Of a stretch of 64,000 nt of DNA, positions 1 to 9,011 are shown piece after piece; within the stretch, counting starts at the first letter, position 1, and each line of letters begins with the position of its first letter. The position numbers and the translations under genes were made by a program. The stretch spans positions 319 through 64,318 of the forward strand of contig JAUSCZ010000012.1 of NCBI GenBank assembly GCA_030674475.1, in the 5' to 3' direction. This DNA comes from Candidatus Omnitrophota bacterium (GTDB lineage: Bacteria > Omnitrophota > Gorgyraeia > Gygaellales > UBA12090). Under the pieces are notes generated by a model, which searched no databases, was not told where the DNA came from, and worked only from the letters and a program-made list of their open reading frames with translations.

Positions 1-953
1 TCCATAAATACAGAAACTGGAAGAATTATTTAAAGGGCGAATACGATAAATATAAGGATAAATTCAGCATAGTGGTAACCGGAAGCGCCCGGCTGGATAT
101 ATATAGAAAAGGCGGAGATTCTCTCTTGGGCCGGTATCGCTCTTATTGCCTTCATCCTCTCTCGCTGGCGGAATTGCTGGGGGAGAACGCGGATTTTTCT
201 CAACTGAAAGGGCTTGTTTTTTCAGATAAAAAAAAGGAGTGCGCGGAATTGTGCGCGTCCCTGTTTAAGTTTGGGGGTTTCCCCGAGGTTTTTAGCCGGC
301 AGGAGGAGAGGGCGCTAAGGCGTTGGCACAATGAGAGGCTGGATCGGTTGATAAAAGAGGATGTCCGGGATATTGAAAATCTAAGGGACATTTCGGCCCT
401 GCAGGTATTAGCCGAGCTCCTCCCGGAGAAGGCGGGTTCGCTCTTTTCTCTTAATTCCTTGCGCGAAGATTTAAAGGTTACCCATAAAACCGTTTCTTCT
501 TGGGTAGAGATATTGGAGAGGTTTTATTACCATTTTCGGGTGTATCCTTTCCAAAACAGCAGGATAAAATCATTAAGAAAAGAGCCGAAGCTGTATTTGT
601 GGGATTGGTCGGAGATCAAGGATGAGGGGGTAAGGTTTGAGAATATGATGGCTTCCCATCTCTTGAAATTCTGCGGCTTTCTTTCCGACGCGCAAGGATA
701 TAAAGCGAAACTTTATTATCTCAGGGATAAGGAACAGCGAGAAGTTGATTTCCTGGTCAGTATTGATAATAAACCCTGGTTTTGCGTGGAGGTAAAATTA
801 TCCTCTAAGGAGTTACCTTCTTCGTTAAGGTATTTCGCGGATAGGCTAAAAGACCTCCTGGCTTTTGAGGTAGTAAAGGAAGAAGGAGTTGATTTTATCC
901 GGGACAACATCCGGGTGATCAGCGCGAGCAAGTTTCTAAGCGCGCTGGTATGA
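1..953 (+). CDS. AAA-family ATPase (COG1373/DUF4143-type), 5'-truncated by the window edge
   Basis: The reading frame is open from nt 3; the translation '...FSIVVTGSARLDIYRKGGDSLLGRYRS...CVEVK' resembles the C-terminal part of DUF4143 ATPases. A paralogue of the 45861..47054 gene. Confidence 0.55.
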   Translation, partial: HKYRNWKNYLKGEYDKYKDKFSIVVTGSARLDIYRKGGDSLLGRYRSYCLHPLSLAELLGENADFSQLKGLVFSDKKKECAELCASLFKFGGFPEVFSRQEERALRRWHNERLDRLIKEDVRDIENLRDISALQVLAELLPEKAGSLFSLNSLREDLKVTHKTVSSWVEILERFYYHFRVYPFQNSRIKSLRKEPKLYLWDWSEIKDEGVRFENMMASHLLKFCGFLSDAQGYKAKLYYLRDKEQREVDFLVSIDNKPWFCVEVKLSSKELPSSLRYFADRLKDLLAFEVVKEEGVDFIRDNIRVISASKFLSALV

Positions 954-1053
954 TCTCGTATGTGTGCATAAACTTCAAGCCGCGAAGTTTTTATTTCTGA
1001 AGCTTGACAATGCGTACGCTATATGATACGCTTTAGGTAAGGAGGTGAGGCTA

Positions 1054-1296
1054 ATGACAACCTTAACTGCCACCCAGGCGCGCGGACGGCTATATAGATT
1101 GCTGGATTCTATCGCGCAATCCCATGAGCCGGTGCAGATTACCGGCAAGCGCCACAACGCGGTATTAATATCCGATGAAGACTGGCGTTCCATAAAAGAG
1201 ACGCTCTATTTACTTTCCGTTCCGGGAATGCGCGAGTCCATTCAGGAGGGCCTGAAAATCCCGATTTCAGAGTGCGGTAAGACGCCTAAATGGTAA
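1054..1296 (+). CDS. yefM: YefM/Phd-family antitoxin
   Basis: 'MTTLTATQARGRLYRLLDSIAQSHEPVQITGKRHNAVLISDEDWRSIKETLYL' is a typical Phd/YefM fold. AGGAGG lies 9 nt upstream of the ATG. The stop overlaps the start of the next gene. Confidence 0.8.
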   Translation: MTTLTATQARGRLYRLLDSIAQSHEPVQITGKRHNAVLISDEDWRSIKETLYLLSVPGMRESIQEGLKIPISECGKTPKW

Positions 1297-1556
1297 ACTG
1301 GCAGGTAGTTTACACAAGGCAGGCGCAAAAAGACGCGAAAAAACTTTCCGCTTCAGGATTGCGGCCCAAAGCGGAAAGCCTGTTGAAAACCCTGCAAGGA
1401 AATCCTCTCCAAAACCCTCCGCCTTTTGAAAAACTGGTTGGCGATTTAGCAGGCGCTTACTCGCGCAGAATAAATATCCAGCATCGCCTGGTGTATCAGG
1501 TTATTAAAGAATCGCGGACAATAAAAATTATCAGGATGTGGACGCATTATGAATAA
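1290..1556 (+). CDS. yoeB: YoeB/Txe-family mRNA interferase toxin
   Basis: 'VVYTRQAQKDAKKL...QHRLVYQV...IKIIRMWTHYE' matches the YoeB/Txe family. It overlaps yefM, the typical TA gene arrangement. Confidence 0.8.
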   Translation: MVNWQVVYTRQAQKDAKKLSASGLRPKAESLLKTLQGNPLQNPPPFEKLVGDLAGAYSRRINIQHRLVYQVIKESRTIKIIRMWTHYE

Positions 1557-1620
1557 TTTTAGCAGCGAAAACTAGTTGCGCGTCAGGGGAATGCAGGGTG
1601 TAAAATGACGGATAGATAAT

Positions 1621-2124
1621 ATGTATTACGAAAAGTTATTTAGCGCGCTTAATAAAAAAAAGGTTAAATACGCGGTAGTTGGCGGCGTCGCGGTCAATCT
1701 CTACGGGATAGAAAGGGCTACCCATGATTTAGATTTATTGCTGGCAATGGATGAGGAAAATCTGCTTAAAACCATTCTGGTTTTTAAAAAATTAGGCTAT
1801 AGGCCGAAAGTTCCGGTAAGGCCCGAAGATTTTGCCAATAAACAAATAAGAGAAAGATGGATAAAAGAAAAAAATATGATAGTATTTTCGTATATTGATT
1901 TTAAAAATCCTTATATTTTAATTGATATAGTTATAAGTTCTTTTTTGAAATTTGAAGACGCGGCAAAAAATATAAATATCCTAACCGCGCGGGATAAAAA
2001 AATAAAGGTGCCGGTCATCTCTATAGATGATTTGATAAAGATGAAAAAACAAGCCAGGAGGGCGCGGGATATATCCGATATAGAAATGCTTAAAAAAGCC
2101 AGGAAGATCATCGCGCAAAAATAG
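1621..2124 (+). CDS. Minimal nucleotidyltransferase-fold protein
   Basis: NTase signature 'VVGGVAVNLYGIERATHDLDLLL' (hG[GS]...DhDh). Confidence 0.5.
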   Translation: MYYEKLFSALNKKKVKYAVVGGVAVNLYGIERATHDLDLLLAMDEENLLKTILVFKKLGYRPKVPVRPEDFANKQIRERWIKEKNMIVFSYIDFKNPYILIDIVISSFLKFEDAAKNINILTARDKKIKVPVISIDDLIKMKKQARRARDISDIEMLKKARKIIAQK

Positions 2125-2125
2125 A

Positions 2126-2299
2126 TATGAAATCTAAGGGGATAAAGTATACGCGTTCAGACGAAGAAATCAGAGAATATATGAAGATGCCCTTAGAAAG
2201 TAAATTGGCCTGGCTGGAGAACTTTAATACCTTTACCCGTAAGATGCTCAGGGGTAAGAGGTTGAAGGTTTGGAAGAAGTTTATAAAAGGAGAGTTGTA
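2126..2299 (+). CDS. Small hypothetical protein (57 aa), possible partner of the upstream nucleotidyltransferase
   Basis: An ORF 'MKSKGIKYTRSDEEIREYMKMPLESKLAWLENFNTFTRKMLRGKRLKVWKKFIKGEL' begins 2 nt after the stop of the preceding gene. It is below the ORF-track cutoff. Confidence 0.25.
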
Positions 2300-2415
2300 A
2301 AAAATTAGAGCAATTATGGCAATTATGCAATTATGGGGACACGGTACTTAATTCATAAATGACTACGGATGGAAAAAGGTAATCTTCCCATTCCCAGCCA
2401 GACCGGAAAATTGCC

Positions 2416-2443
2416 TTGACTGAACAGTAAAAGATGGTATAAT
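2416..2443 (+). promoter_or_regulatory. Sigma70-like promoter of the pyr operon (TTGACT-16-TATAAT)
   Basis: -35 TTGACT at 2416-2421 and -10 TATAAT at 2438-2443. Confidence 0.55.
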
Positions 2444-2461
2444 AATTAAACCTTTAAACTC

Positions 2462-2486
2462 GGCCCTTGAGAGGCGGGAAAGGATT
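2462..2486 (+). promoter_or_regulatory. PyrR-binding RNA motif (pyr attenuator binding loop)
   Basis: 'GGCCCTTGAGAGGCGGGAAAGGATT' matches the Bacillus PyrR binding-loop consensus '..UCCAGAGAGGCUGAGAAGGAU'. It lies upstream of pyrR in the leader. Confidence 0.7.
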
Positions 2487-2526
2487 AAAATGAATTATTT
2501 TATCAGCCAAAGAAGATTAAATCTAA

Positions 2527-2560
2527 CCCTTGACGCGTAAAACGTGCCAGGGGTTTTTTA
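2527..2560 (+). terminator. Intrinsic attenuator terminator in the pyr leader
   Basis: Hairpin CCCTTGACGCG/CGTGCCAGGGG followed by TTTTTT, immediately before the pyrR start. Confidence 0.6.
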
Positions 2561-2566
2561 TTATCT

Positions 2567-3100
2567 ATGGAAAAAGCCAAAATCTTGGATTCAGAAGCTA
2601 TCGCCCGAACCCTGACCCGGGTTGCCCATCAGATTTTAGAACATAATAAAGGAAGCCAGGGCCTGGTTATTGTGGGCATCAGGAGCCGCGGGGTCTATCT
2701 GGCTCAGAGATTAGCTGAGTGCATCCGGAAAATAGACCATACTGAAATCCCGGTGGGCGCGCTGGATATTACCTTATACCGGGATGATTTGACCCTGGTG
2801 GCGAACCAGCCGGTAGTGCGTAAAACTGAAATAAATTTTGACCTCCAGGACAAGAAGATTATTCTGGTTGACGATGTTTTATATACCGGCAGAACGGTCC
2901 GCTGCGCGCTTTCCGAGTTGATTGACTTCGGCCGGCCTCAATGTATCCAGCTGGCGGTATTAGTTGACCGGGGGCATAGGGAACTGCCGATACGGGCGGA
3001 TTATGTAGGCAAAAATATCCCCACAGCCCAGGATGAAACGGTAGAGGTACGTCTGGTTGAGGTTGATGGTAGAGATGAAGTGGTGATTGTGGAAAAATAG
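2567..3100 (+). CDS. pyrR: Bifunctional pyr operon regulator / uracil phosphoribosyltransferase PyrR
   Basis: PRTase motif '[18 protein letters not shown]' and overall PyrR similarity. First gene of the pyr cluster. Confidence 0.9.
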   Translation: MEKAKILDSEAIARTLTRVAHQILEHNKGSQGLVIVGIRSRGVYLAQRLAECIRKIDHTEIPVGALDITLYRDDLTLVANQPVVRKTEINFDLQDKKIILVDDVLYTGRTVRCALSELIDFGRPQCIQLAVLVDRGHRELPIRADYVGKNIPTAQDETVEVRLVEVDGRDEVVIVEK

Positions 3101-3176
3101 AAAATAGTTTTGGCTTTCAGCTTTCAGCCGTCAGCTTTCAGCTGATAGCCGAAAACTGATAGCCAAAGCTGATAGA

Positions 3177-4124
3177 ATGATTTGGACTAAAAAAGATTTG
3201 TTGGGGTTGGAATATTTATCTCTGGAAGAAATTAGCCTTATTTTAGAGACTGCTGAGTCTTTTAAGGAGGTTTCCAGCCGGGACATCAAAAAGGTTCCGG
3301 CCCTGCGGGGTAAGACCGTGGTGAATTTATTCTATGAACCTTCCACCCGCACCCGGGTTTCTTTTGAAGTAGCCGCCAAGCGCCTTTCCGCGGATGTAAT
3401 CAATATCGCCAGCGAAACCTCCAGCGTCAGGAAAGGCGAAACCCTGATTGATACCGGGAAAAACATTGAGGCCCTGAAGGCGGATATCCTGGTTATCCGC
3501 CACAATTATTCCGGCGCGGCCAATATGCTGGCGGAGCATCTTAATATCAGCGTGGTCAATGCCGGAGACGGCTGGCACGAACATCCCACCCAGGCCCTTT
3601 TAGACATCTTTACCTTAAAAGAAAAATTAGGCCGGATAGACGGCCTGGAGGTGGTAATTGTCGGGGATATTTCCCATTCCCGGGTAGCCCGTTCAAATAT
3701 CTGGGGCCTGAATAAATTGGGGGCCAAGGTTACGGTCTGCGCCCCTAAGATGCTGATACCTCCCGGGATAGAGCGGATGGGGGCTAAGGTTTCCCATAAT
3801 ATTGACCAGGCCTTAGAAAACGCGGACGCGGTCAATGTGCTGCGGATGCAATTTGAGCGCGATAATGAAGAGGCCTTTCCTAAACAGCTGGAATATTTTA
3901 AGGATTTCGGGATTACCCGGGAAAGATTAAAAAGAGCGAAAAAGAACATTCTGGTAATGCATCCCGGGCCGATAAACCGGGGGATAGAGCTGTCCAGCGA
4001 AGTTGCCGACGGGTCGAATTCGGTGATTCTGGAGCAGGTAACTAACGGCATCGCGGTCCGGATGGCGGTATTATTTCTGACCGCCCAGGCCAATGAGAGA
4101 AAGAATGAACCCCGCCCTTCCTAA
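3177..4124 (+). CDS. pyrB: Aspartate carbamoyltransferase catalytic subunit
   Basis: 'STRTRVSFE' carbamoyl-phosphate binding motif and 'HPGP' motif. Confidence 0.9.
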   Translation: MIWTKKDLLGLEYLSLEEISLILETAESFKEVSSRDIKKVPALRGKTVVNLFYEPSTRTRVSFEVAAKRLSADVINIASETSSVRKGETLIDTGKNIEALKADILVIRHNYSGAANMLAEHLNISVVNAGDGWHEHPTQALLDIFTLKEKLGRIDGLEVVIVGDISHSRVARSNIWGLNKLGAKVTVCAPKMLIPPGIERMGAKVSHNIDQALENADAVNVLRMQFERDNEEAFPKQLEYFKDFGITRERLKRAKKNILVMHPGPINRGIELSSEVADGSNSVILEQVTNGIAVRMAVLFLTAQANERKNEPRPS

Positions 4125-4154
4125 AGGCGGGAATAATTTGAAAGGAAGGGCGGG

Positions 4155-5429
4155 GTGAAACTTCTAATTAGGGGCGGACGGGTGGTTGACCCGGCAAATA
4201 ACCTGGATGAAGTATTGGATGTTTTGATTGAGGATGACCGGATAGCCAAAATAGCTAAAAATATCAAAGCCGAAGTTGATAAAATAATTGATGCCGCCGG
4301 AAAAATAGTAATGCCAGGGGCGGTGGATATGCATACGCATTTGAGAGAACCGGGCCGGGAAGATAAGGAAACGGTTTTAAGCGCCACCCGGGCCGCTTTA
4401 GCCGGCGGGGTAACTTCTCTTTTGGCGATGCCCAATACCTCCCCGGCAATGGATTGCGTGGATAATGTCCGGCGGCTAAAAGAAATTATCAGGAATACTT
4501 CAGCCGCCAATGTCTTTATTTGCGGGGCGATTACCCATGCCCGTCAGGGTAAGGATTTGACTGATATCGCCGGCCTAAAAAGAGAAGGAGTTTTGGCTAT
4601 TTCCGATGACGGCTGTTCCGTGGACAATGAAGAGCTTTTTTTACAGGCGTTAAAAGAAGCCCAAGAAAATAACCTTCTGGTTATTTCTCATTGCGAGGAT
4701 AAAAAGCTCTCCAATGGCGGGGTGGTGAATTTAGGATGGACCTCTACTCGCCTCGGACTAAGAGGCATCTCCAAGGAATCGGAATATAAACGGGTGGAAA
4801 GGGATATTCAGCTCACCCAGAGCTCGGGCGCGCCTATTCACATTGCCCATGTCAGCTGTAAAGAGTCAGTTGAAATTATTGCCCAAGCCAAAAAAAAAGG
4901 CCTTAAGGTAACTGCCGAAACCGCGCCGCATTATTTTTCCTTGACTGAAGAGGCGGTTTTGAATTACGATACTAATAAGAAAATGAATCCTCCCCTGCGC
5001 ACCCGGGAGGATGTCTTGGCCCTGAAGCAGGCCTTAAAAGACGGCACCATAGACGCGATTGCCTCAGACCATGCCCCGCATACCGAAAACGAAAAAGAGA
5101 TTGAATTTGAGCGGGCCGAATTTGGGGTAATTGGTTTAGAGACGGAATTGGCGGTAAGCATCAGCGAACTGATTTCTCCGGGTTTATTGGATTGGAGCGG
5201 GTTGGTGAGAAAAATATCCCTTAATCCGGCCAGGATACTGGGACTGGGTAAAGGCACTTTAAGTATAGGCACCGACGCGGATCTTGCGGTGATTGACCCG
5301 GACAAAGAATGGGTGGTGGAAAAAAATGGCCTGGTTTCTAAGTCTAAGAACTCTGCCTTTTTGGTCCGGAGGTTAAAAGGGGTTGTGGAATATACGATTT
5401 GTAATGGCAAGATAGGATATCCTTTTTAG
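4155..5429 (+). CDS. pyrC: Dihydroorotase
   Basis: Amidohydrolase motifs 'DMHTHLREPG' and 'DHAPH'. It sits in the pyr context. Confidence 0.85.
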   Translation: MKLLIRGGRVVDPANNLDEVLDVLIEDDRIAKIAKNIKAEVDKIIDAAGKIVMPGAVDMHTHLREPGREDKETVLSATRAALAGGVTSLLAMPNTSPAMDCVDNVRRLKEIIRNTSAANVFICGAITHARQGKDLTDIAGLKREGVLAISDDGCSVDNEELFLQALKEAQENNLLVISHCEDKKLSNGGVVNLGWTSTRLGLRGISKESEYKRVERDIQLTQSSGAPIHIAHVSCKESVEIIAQAKKKGLKVTAETAPHYFSLTEEAVLNYDTNKKMNPPLRTREDVLALKQALKDGTIDAIASDHAPHTENEKEIEFERAEFGVIGLETELAVSISELISPGLLDWSGLVRKISLNPARILGLGKGTLSIGTDADLAVIDPDKEWVVEKNGLVSKSKNSAFLVRRLKGVVEYTICNGKIGYPF

Positions 5430-5447
5430 AAATCGCGGTATTTAAAG

Positions 5448-6686
5448 ATGGAATTTGTCGCCGATTTTCATATACATTCTAAGTATTCAAGAGCCACCAG
5501 TAAGGATATGGATGTGGAGCATTTGGCTTACTGGGCCAAGCTCAAAGGCATCCAGCTCATCGGCACCGGGGATTTCACCCACCACTTATGGCTGGAGGAG
5601 CTCCGGAGCAAATTAGAGGATAAGGGAAACGGTTTATATGAGTATAAAGGTATTAATTTTATCTTATCCAGCGAGATAAGCAGTATCTATTCTAAAAATA
5701 ACCGGGGCCATCGTATCCATAACATCATCTTTGCCCCTTCATTTAAAACCGTGGATAAGATCAACGCCCACTTGGCCGGCATAGGCAACCTGGCTTCGGA
5801 CGGACGGCCGATTCTGGGCCTGGACGCCGCGGAATTAGCCCGGATAATTTTTGATATTGATGAGAACTGCGTATTGGTGCCCGGGCATATCTGGACTCCC
5901 TGGTTTAGTTTGTTTGGCTCAATGTCCGGGTTTAATAAAATTGAGGATTGCTTTGAGGAGCAGACCCCTAAAATATTCGCCTTAGAAACCGGACTTTCCA
6001 GCGACCCGGCAATGAACTGGCGCTTGAGCGCCCTGGATAGGTATTCCCTGATTTCTAATTCCGATTCCCACTCGCCGCAGAAAATCGGCCGGGAGGCCAA
6101 TGTTTTTAATTGTGAGCTTTCTTATCCGGCAATAATGGAGGCCTTAAGGACCAAAGATAAAAGCAAGTTTTTATACACTATAGAGTTTTATCCCGAGGAA
6201 GGCAAATACCATTACGACGGCCACCGCCTCTGCGAGGTGCGCTTTTCGCCCCAGGAAAGCAGGGCCCATAAAAACCTCTGCCCAAAATGCGGTAAGCCTT
6301 TAACCATTGGGGTGATGAACCGGGTAGACCAGCTTGCCGATCGGCCCGAGGGCTTTAAGCCGGATAACGCTATACCTTTTAAAAACCTGATTCCTTTGGA
6401 TGAGATTATTGCCGATGTTAAGGGAATGGGTAAGGCCTCTAAGGCCGTGGAACAGGAATACCGGGGTATTCTTTCCAAGTTCGGCACCGAATTTGAGGTT
6501 TTAGGCAAAGTCCCGGAAGAATATTTACGCAAAGGAATGGACTCGCGCATCGCCGAGGCAATTATCCGGGCTCGCCAGGGAAAGGTAACTATCGCCGCCG
6601 GCTATGACGGCGAATACGGCAAGGTTTCCATCTTTGGCGATGACGATAAGCCCAAAAAACACGAAGAACAGCTAAGTTTTTTCTAA
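5448..6686 (+). CDS. PHP-domain protein, endonuclease Q-like (TIGR00375 family)
   Basis: N-terminal PHP motif 'DFHIHSKYSRATS' plus a C-terminal zinc ribbon 'CEVRF...CPKCGKPL', as in EndoQ-type enzymes. Confidence 0.55.
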   Translation: MEFVADFHIHSKYSRATSKDMDVEHLAYWAKLKGIQLIGTGDFTHHLWLEELRSKLEDKGNGLYEYKGINFILSSEISSIYSKNNRGHRIHNIIFAPSFKTVDKINAHLAGIGNLASDGRPILGLDAAELARIIFDIDENCVLVPGHIWTPWFSLFGSMSGFNKIEDCFEEQTPKIFALETGLSSDPAMNWRLSALDRYSLISNSDSHSPQKIGREANVFNCELSYPAIMEALRTKDKSKFLYTIEFYPEEGKYHYDGHRLCEVRFSPQESRAHKNLCPKCGKPLTIGVMNRVDQLADRPEGFKPDNAIPFKNLIPLDEIIADVKGMGKASKAVEQEYRGILSKFGTEFEVLGKVPEEYLRKGMDSRIAEAIIRARQGKVTIAAGYDGEYGKVSIFGDDDKPKKHEEQLSFF

Positions 6687-6728
6687 TTGTGATATCAAGT
6701 TAAGCAGTAGAGATAAAGAGGAATAGTC

Positions 6729-7250
6729 ATGAGCTTAGTTCCAGTGGAAAGAATAGAGAGCAAGATTTTTTTGATTAGCGGCAAAAAGGTAATGTTGGAC
6801 AGGGATCTGGCAGAGCTTTATGGGGTAGAGACTAAGTATCTAAAGCGACAGGTGCGTAGAAATCTCAATAGATTCCCGCCCGATTTTATGTTTAAATTAT
6901 CAAAGCCGGAGTTTAAAAATTGGAGGTGCCAATTTGTTACCTCCAATTCTGCTGATAAAATGGGGTTGCGTTATCCGCCTTATGCCTTTAGTGAACCTGG
7001 AGTGGCTATGCTTTCTTCAGTTCTCAATAGCAACAGAGCTATTCATGTTAATATCCAGATTATCAGAACATTCATAAAATTACGACAGCTGCTTTTAACG
7101 CACGTAGAGCTTAAGCGAAAAATTGAGGATATGGAAGGGAAATACGACCAGCAGTTTAAGATTGTTTTTGAGGCGATAAGAAAGTTGTTGGAATCACCAA
7201 AGCCAGAACCGATGAAAAGGATAACGGGTTTTAGTACCAAAAGAGTTTGA
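6729..7250 (+). CDS. ORF6N-domain (KilA-N/antirepressor-like) DNA-binding protein
   Basis: 'IFLISGKKVMLDRDLAELYGVETKYLKRQVRRNLNRFPPDFMFKL' matches the ORF6N domain. Confidence 0.6.
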   Translation: MSLVPVERIESKIFLISGKKVMLDRDLAELYGVETKYLKRQVRRNLNRFPPDFMFKLSKPEFKNWRCQFVTSNSADKMGLRYPPYAFSEPGVAMLSSVLNSNRAIHVNIQIIRTFIKLRQLLLTHVELKRKIEDMEGKYDQQFKIVFEAIRKLLESPKPEPMKRITGFSTKRV

Positions 7251-7379
7251 GTTGGTCGCAAAATAGCTGTATTAAAACATTGAGGTCGGTATTATGTGGG
7301 CGTGTTTCCGGAAGATTTAGAGGAAACGGCAGAGATGCTGGCGCAGAAGCAACTTAATCTTTACAAGGAAAAACAACTT

Positions 7380-8594
7380 ATGAGAAAACATTTTTTGATC
7401 GTAAAAATCGCCTCTTTATTTATTATTTTTTTCTCATTTATGCGTTTTGCGGGAGCAGATACAATTTATTTGAAAAACGGCAAGAAATACAACTGCAGAA
7501 TAATTGATAAAACAGACAAATATATAAAAATAGATTTTTTAGGTGTGGTTTTGACCTATCAGATAGATGAGTTAGAACGAATTGAGTCTGCGAAAGAAGA
7601 GATTTCAGACTCAAAACAAGCTATGATAAAAAACCCTGTTTTTCAAAAAAATAGCATAGAAGCGAATTTTAAAAAAGGAACAGATTATTTAAAAGAGGGA
7701 AAATGGCAAGAGGCAGTAAAAGAATTTGAAAGAGTGATTTCTGTGGATACGTATCATGTTGGCGCGCATTTTAATTTGGGTTGTGCGTTTGCGTTGATGG
7801 AAGAGTATGAGAAGGCAAAAGAGGAATTTGAAAAAGTTTTGCCATTGGAAATGTTCCCTTTCAACGCCTTTTGTTATTTTAATATGGGGGGTCTTTATGC
7901 AAAAAAAGGAATTCTAAACAAAAGTTCAGGATATTTAAAAGAAGCGGCAGAATATTTTAAAAAAGCTGCTCAAGTGTTTCCGGGTTTTAACTTGGCAAGA
8001 GATTATGCCGCGCATTCGCAATTAATAATGGCTGTATTTGATACGGGCGGAGATATCGAACATATAGCGTTTAGCGTAGCAGAAACAGGAACTCCTCCAG
8101 ATTCAGCAATATTTCTATCAAAAGCTGATAGTATGGGAGACAAGGAAAATTTGGTATATCTTTTTGGTGCGGATAGCCCTCCGATGGTGTATTTCCATAG
8201 AAGTCCATCTTGTTATTACTTGACCTGTTCTTCAAAAATAGATGTTCAGAATCTTGCAAACATTGCTCAAGAAGAATTTACTTGTTTAGAAAATATAATA
8301 GATTTGGTAGAAAAAGAGGATAGATTTAACAAAATGATTAAGTGGAATTCATTTATAATATTATCTGCTTCTTATCGCGACAAAAATGATTTTAACAAAG
8401 CTGTTGAATTTGGAGAAAAAGCGATAGCGTTGGGCTTGCGCCTTTCTTCAGAATACATACATTTAGCAAACCTCTATTTTTACAAAAAAGATTATATAAA
8501 GGCTAAACAATTAGCAGAAGAGGCATTAAAGATTAATCCTGATAACACACAATTACGTAAAACAGCCGAGGAAATTATACAGGCAGTTTCTTAA
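7380..8594 (+). CDS. Membrane-anchored TPR-repeat protein
   Basis: N-terminal hydrophobic segment 'IVKIASLFIIFFSF', then TPR-like repeats (WQEAVKEFERVI..., YIKAKQLAEEALKINPDN). The start was chosen at the Met preceding the TM segment. Confidence 0.5.
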   Translation: MRKHFLIVKIASLFIIFFSFMRFAGADTIYLKNGKKYNCRIIDKTDKYIKIDFLGVVLTYQIDELERIESAKEEISDSKQAMIKNPVFQKNSIEANFKKGTDYLKEGKWQEAVKEFERVISVDTYHVGAHFNLGCAFALMEEYEKAKEEFEKVLPLEMFPFNAFCYFNMGGLYAKKGILNKSSGYLKEAAEYFKKAAQVFPGFNLARDYAAHSQLIMAVFDTGGDIEHIAFSVAETGTPPDSAIFLSKADSMGDKENLVYLFGADSPPMVYFHRSPSCYYLTCSSKIDVQNLANIAQEEFTCLENIIDLVEKEDRFNKMIKWNSFIILSASYRDKNDFNKAVEFGEKAIALGLRLSSEYIHLANLYFYKKDYIKAKQLAEEALKINPDNTQLRKTAEEIIQAVS

Positions 8595-8623
8595 TGCCAA
8601 GAGTATTAATAATTTATTCTTAC

Positions 8624-8695
8624 GCGCCTGTGGCCCAACGGATAGGGCAGCAGCCTCCGAAGCTGCTGGTGCAGGTTCAATTCCTGCCAGGCGCA
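8624..8695 (+). tRNA. tRNA-Arg (anticodon CCG)
   Basis: Manual cloverleaf fold: acceptor GCGCCTG/CAGGCGC, anticodon loop CTCCGAA, T-arm GCAGG-TTCAATT-CCTGC. No CCA is encoded. Confidence 0.8.
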
Positions 8696-8708
8696 ATACT
8701 TATAAAAA

Positions 8709-8875
8709 GGAATTGAACAAAAGGGGAGTTTGAGGGGAAAAGGTGATTTTCACCTCAAGAATCGCTTCTTTGTTTACGCTGCGGGGTGACAGCGAACCGC
8801 CGTAGGCGGTGAGCGTCATTAGGGGCAGGAGGCCCATATGATAAGTTCAATTCCTGCCAGGCGCAGTAATACAGA
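8709..8875 (+). ncRNA. tRNA-linked structured element, copy 1 (T-arm complement ... conserved core ... duplicated tRNA-Arg 3' end)
   Basis: It begins GGAATTGAAC, the reverse complement of the tRNA-Arg T-loop region. A ~120-nt core is ~90% identical to 18091..18249. It ends with the 21-nt copy GTTCAATTCCTGCCAGGCGCA of the tRNA 3' end. Confidence 0.5.
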
Positions 8876-9011
8876 ACTAAGAGTTAAAAATTAAGAGCTA
8901 AGATCGGGCTTGGTAGCAGTTTTTGAAAAAAGTGGAGTGATTTACCCATATAATCGGTAAAATTAAGGTAAAAGTGGGGCTAACATTAGTTTTTTACGGT
9001 TTAGGGGAGCG

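Noticed and set aside
1001-1030. Sigma70 promoter for yefM-yoeB from the TTGACA at 1005
   Set aside because: The only nearby -10-like hexamer (TATGAT) gives an 11-nt spacer, which is too short. A pair of TACGCT direct repeats is present, but no convincing promoter could be assigned.
3327-4093. Antisense ORFs (85 and 195 aa) inside pyrB, and similar antisense ORFs inside pyrC (4121..4510, 4964..5410), the PHP gene (5687..6550), carB (10573..11760, 12094..12294) and others
   Set aside because: They lie opposite well-supported conserved genes, have no start context and are Ser/Arg/Pro-rich low-complexity translations typical of shadow ORFs in GC-biased codon positions.
8851-8907. Short ORFs initiated at the AGGAG-N7-ATG inside the tRNA-linked elements (MISSIPARRSNTELRVKN; copy 2 MKSSNPVDPTINNITANSLAVFCFDKT)
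   Set aside because: The two copies share only M-x-S-S. The downstream 'protein' is just the translated tRNA 3'-end copy plus divergent flank, so there is no conserved peptide.
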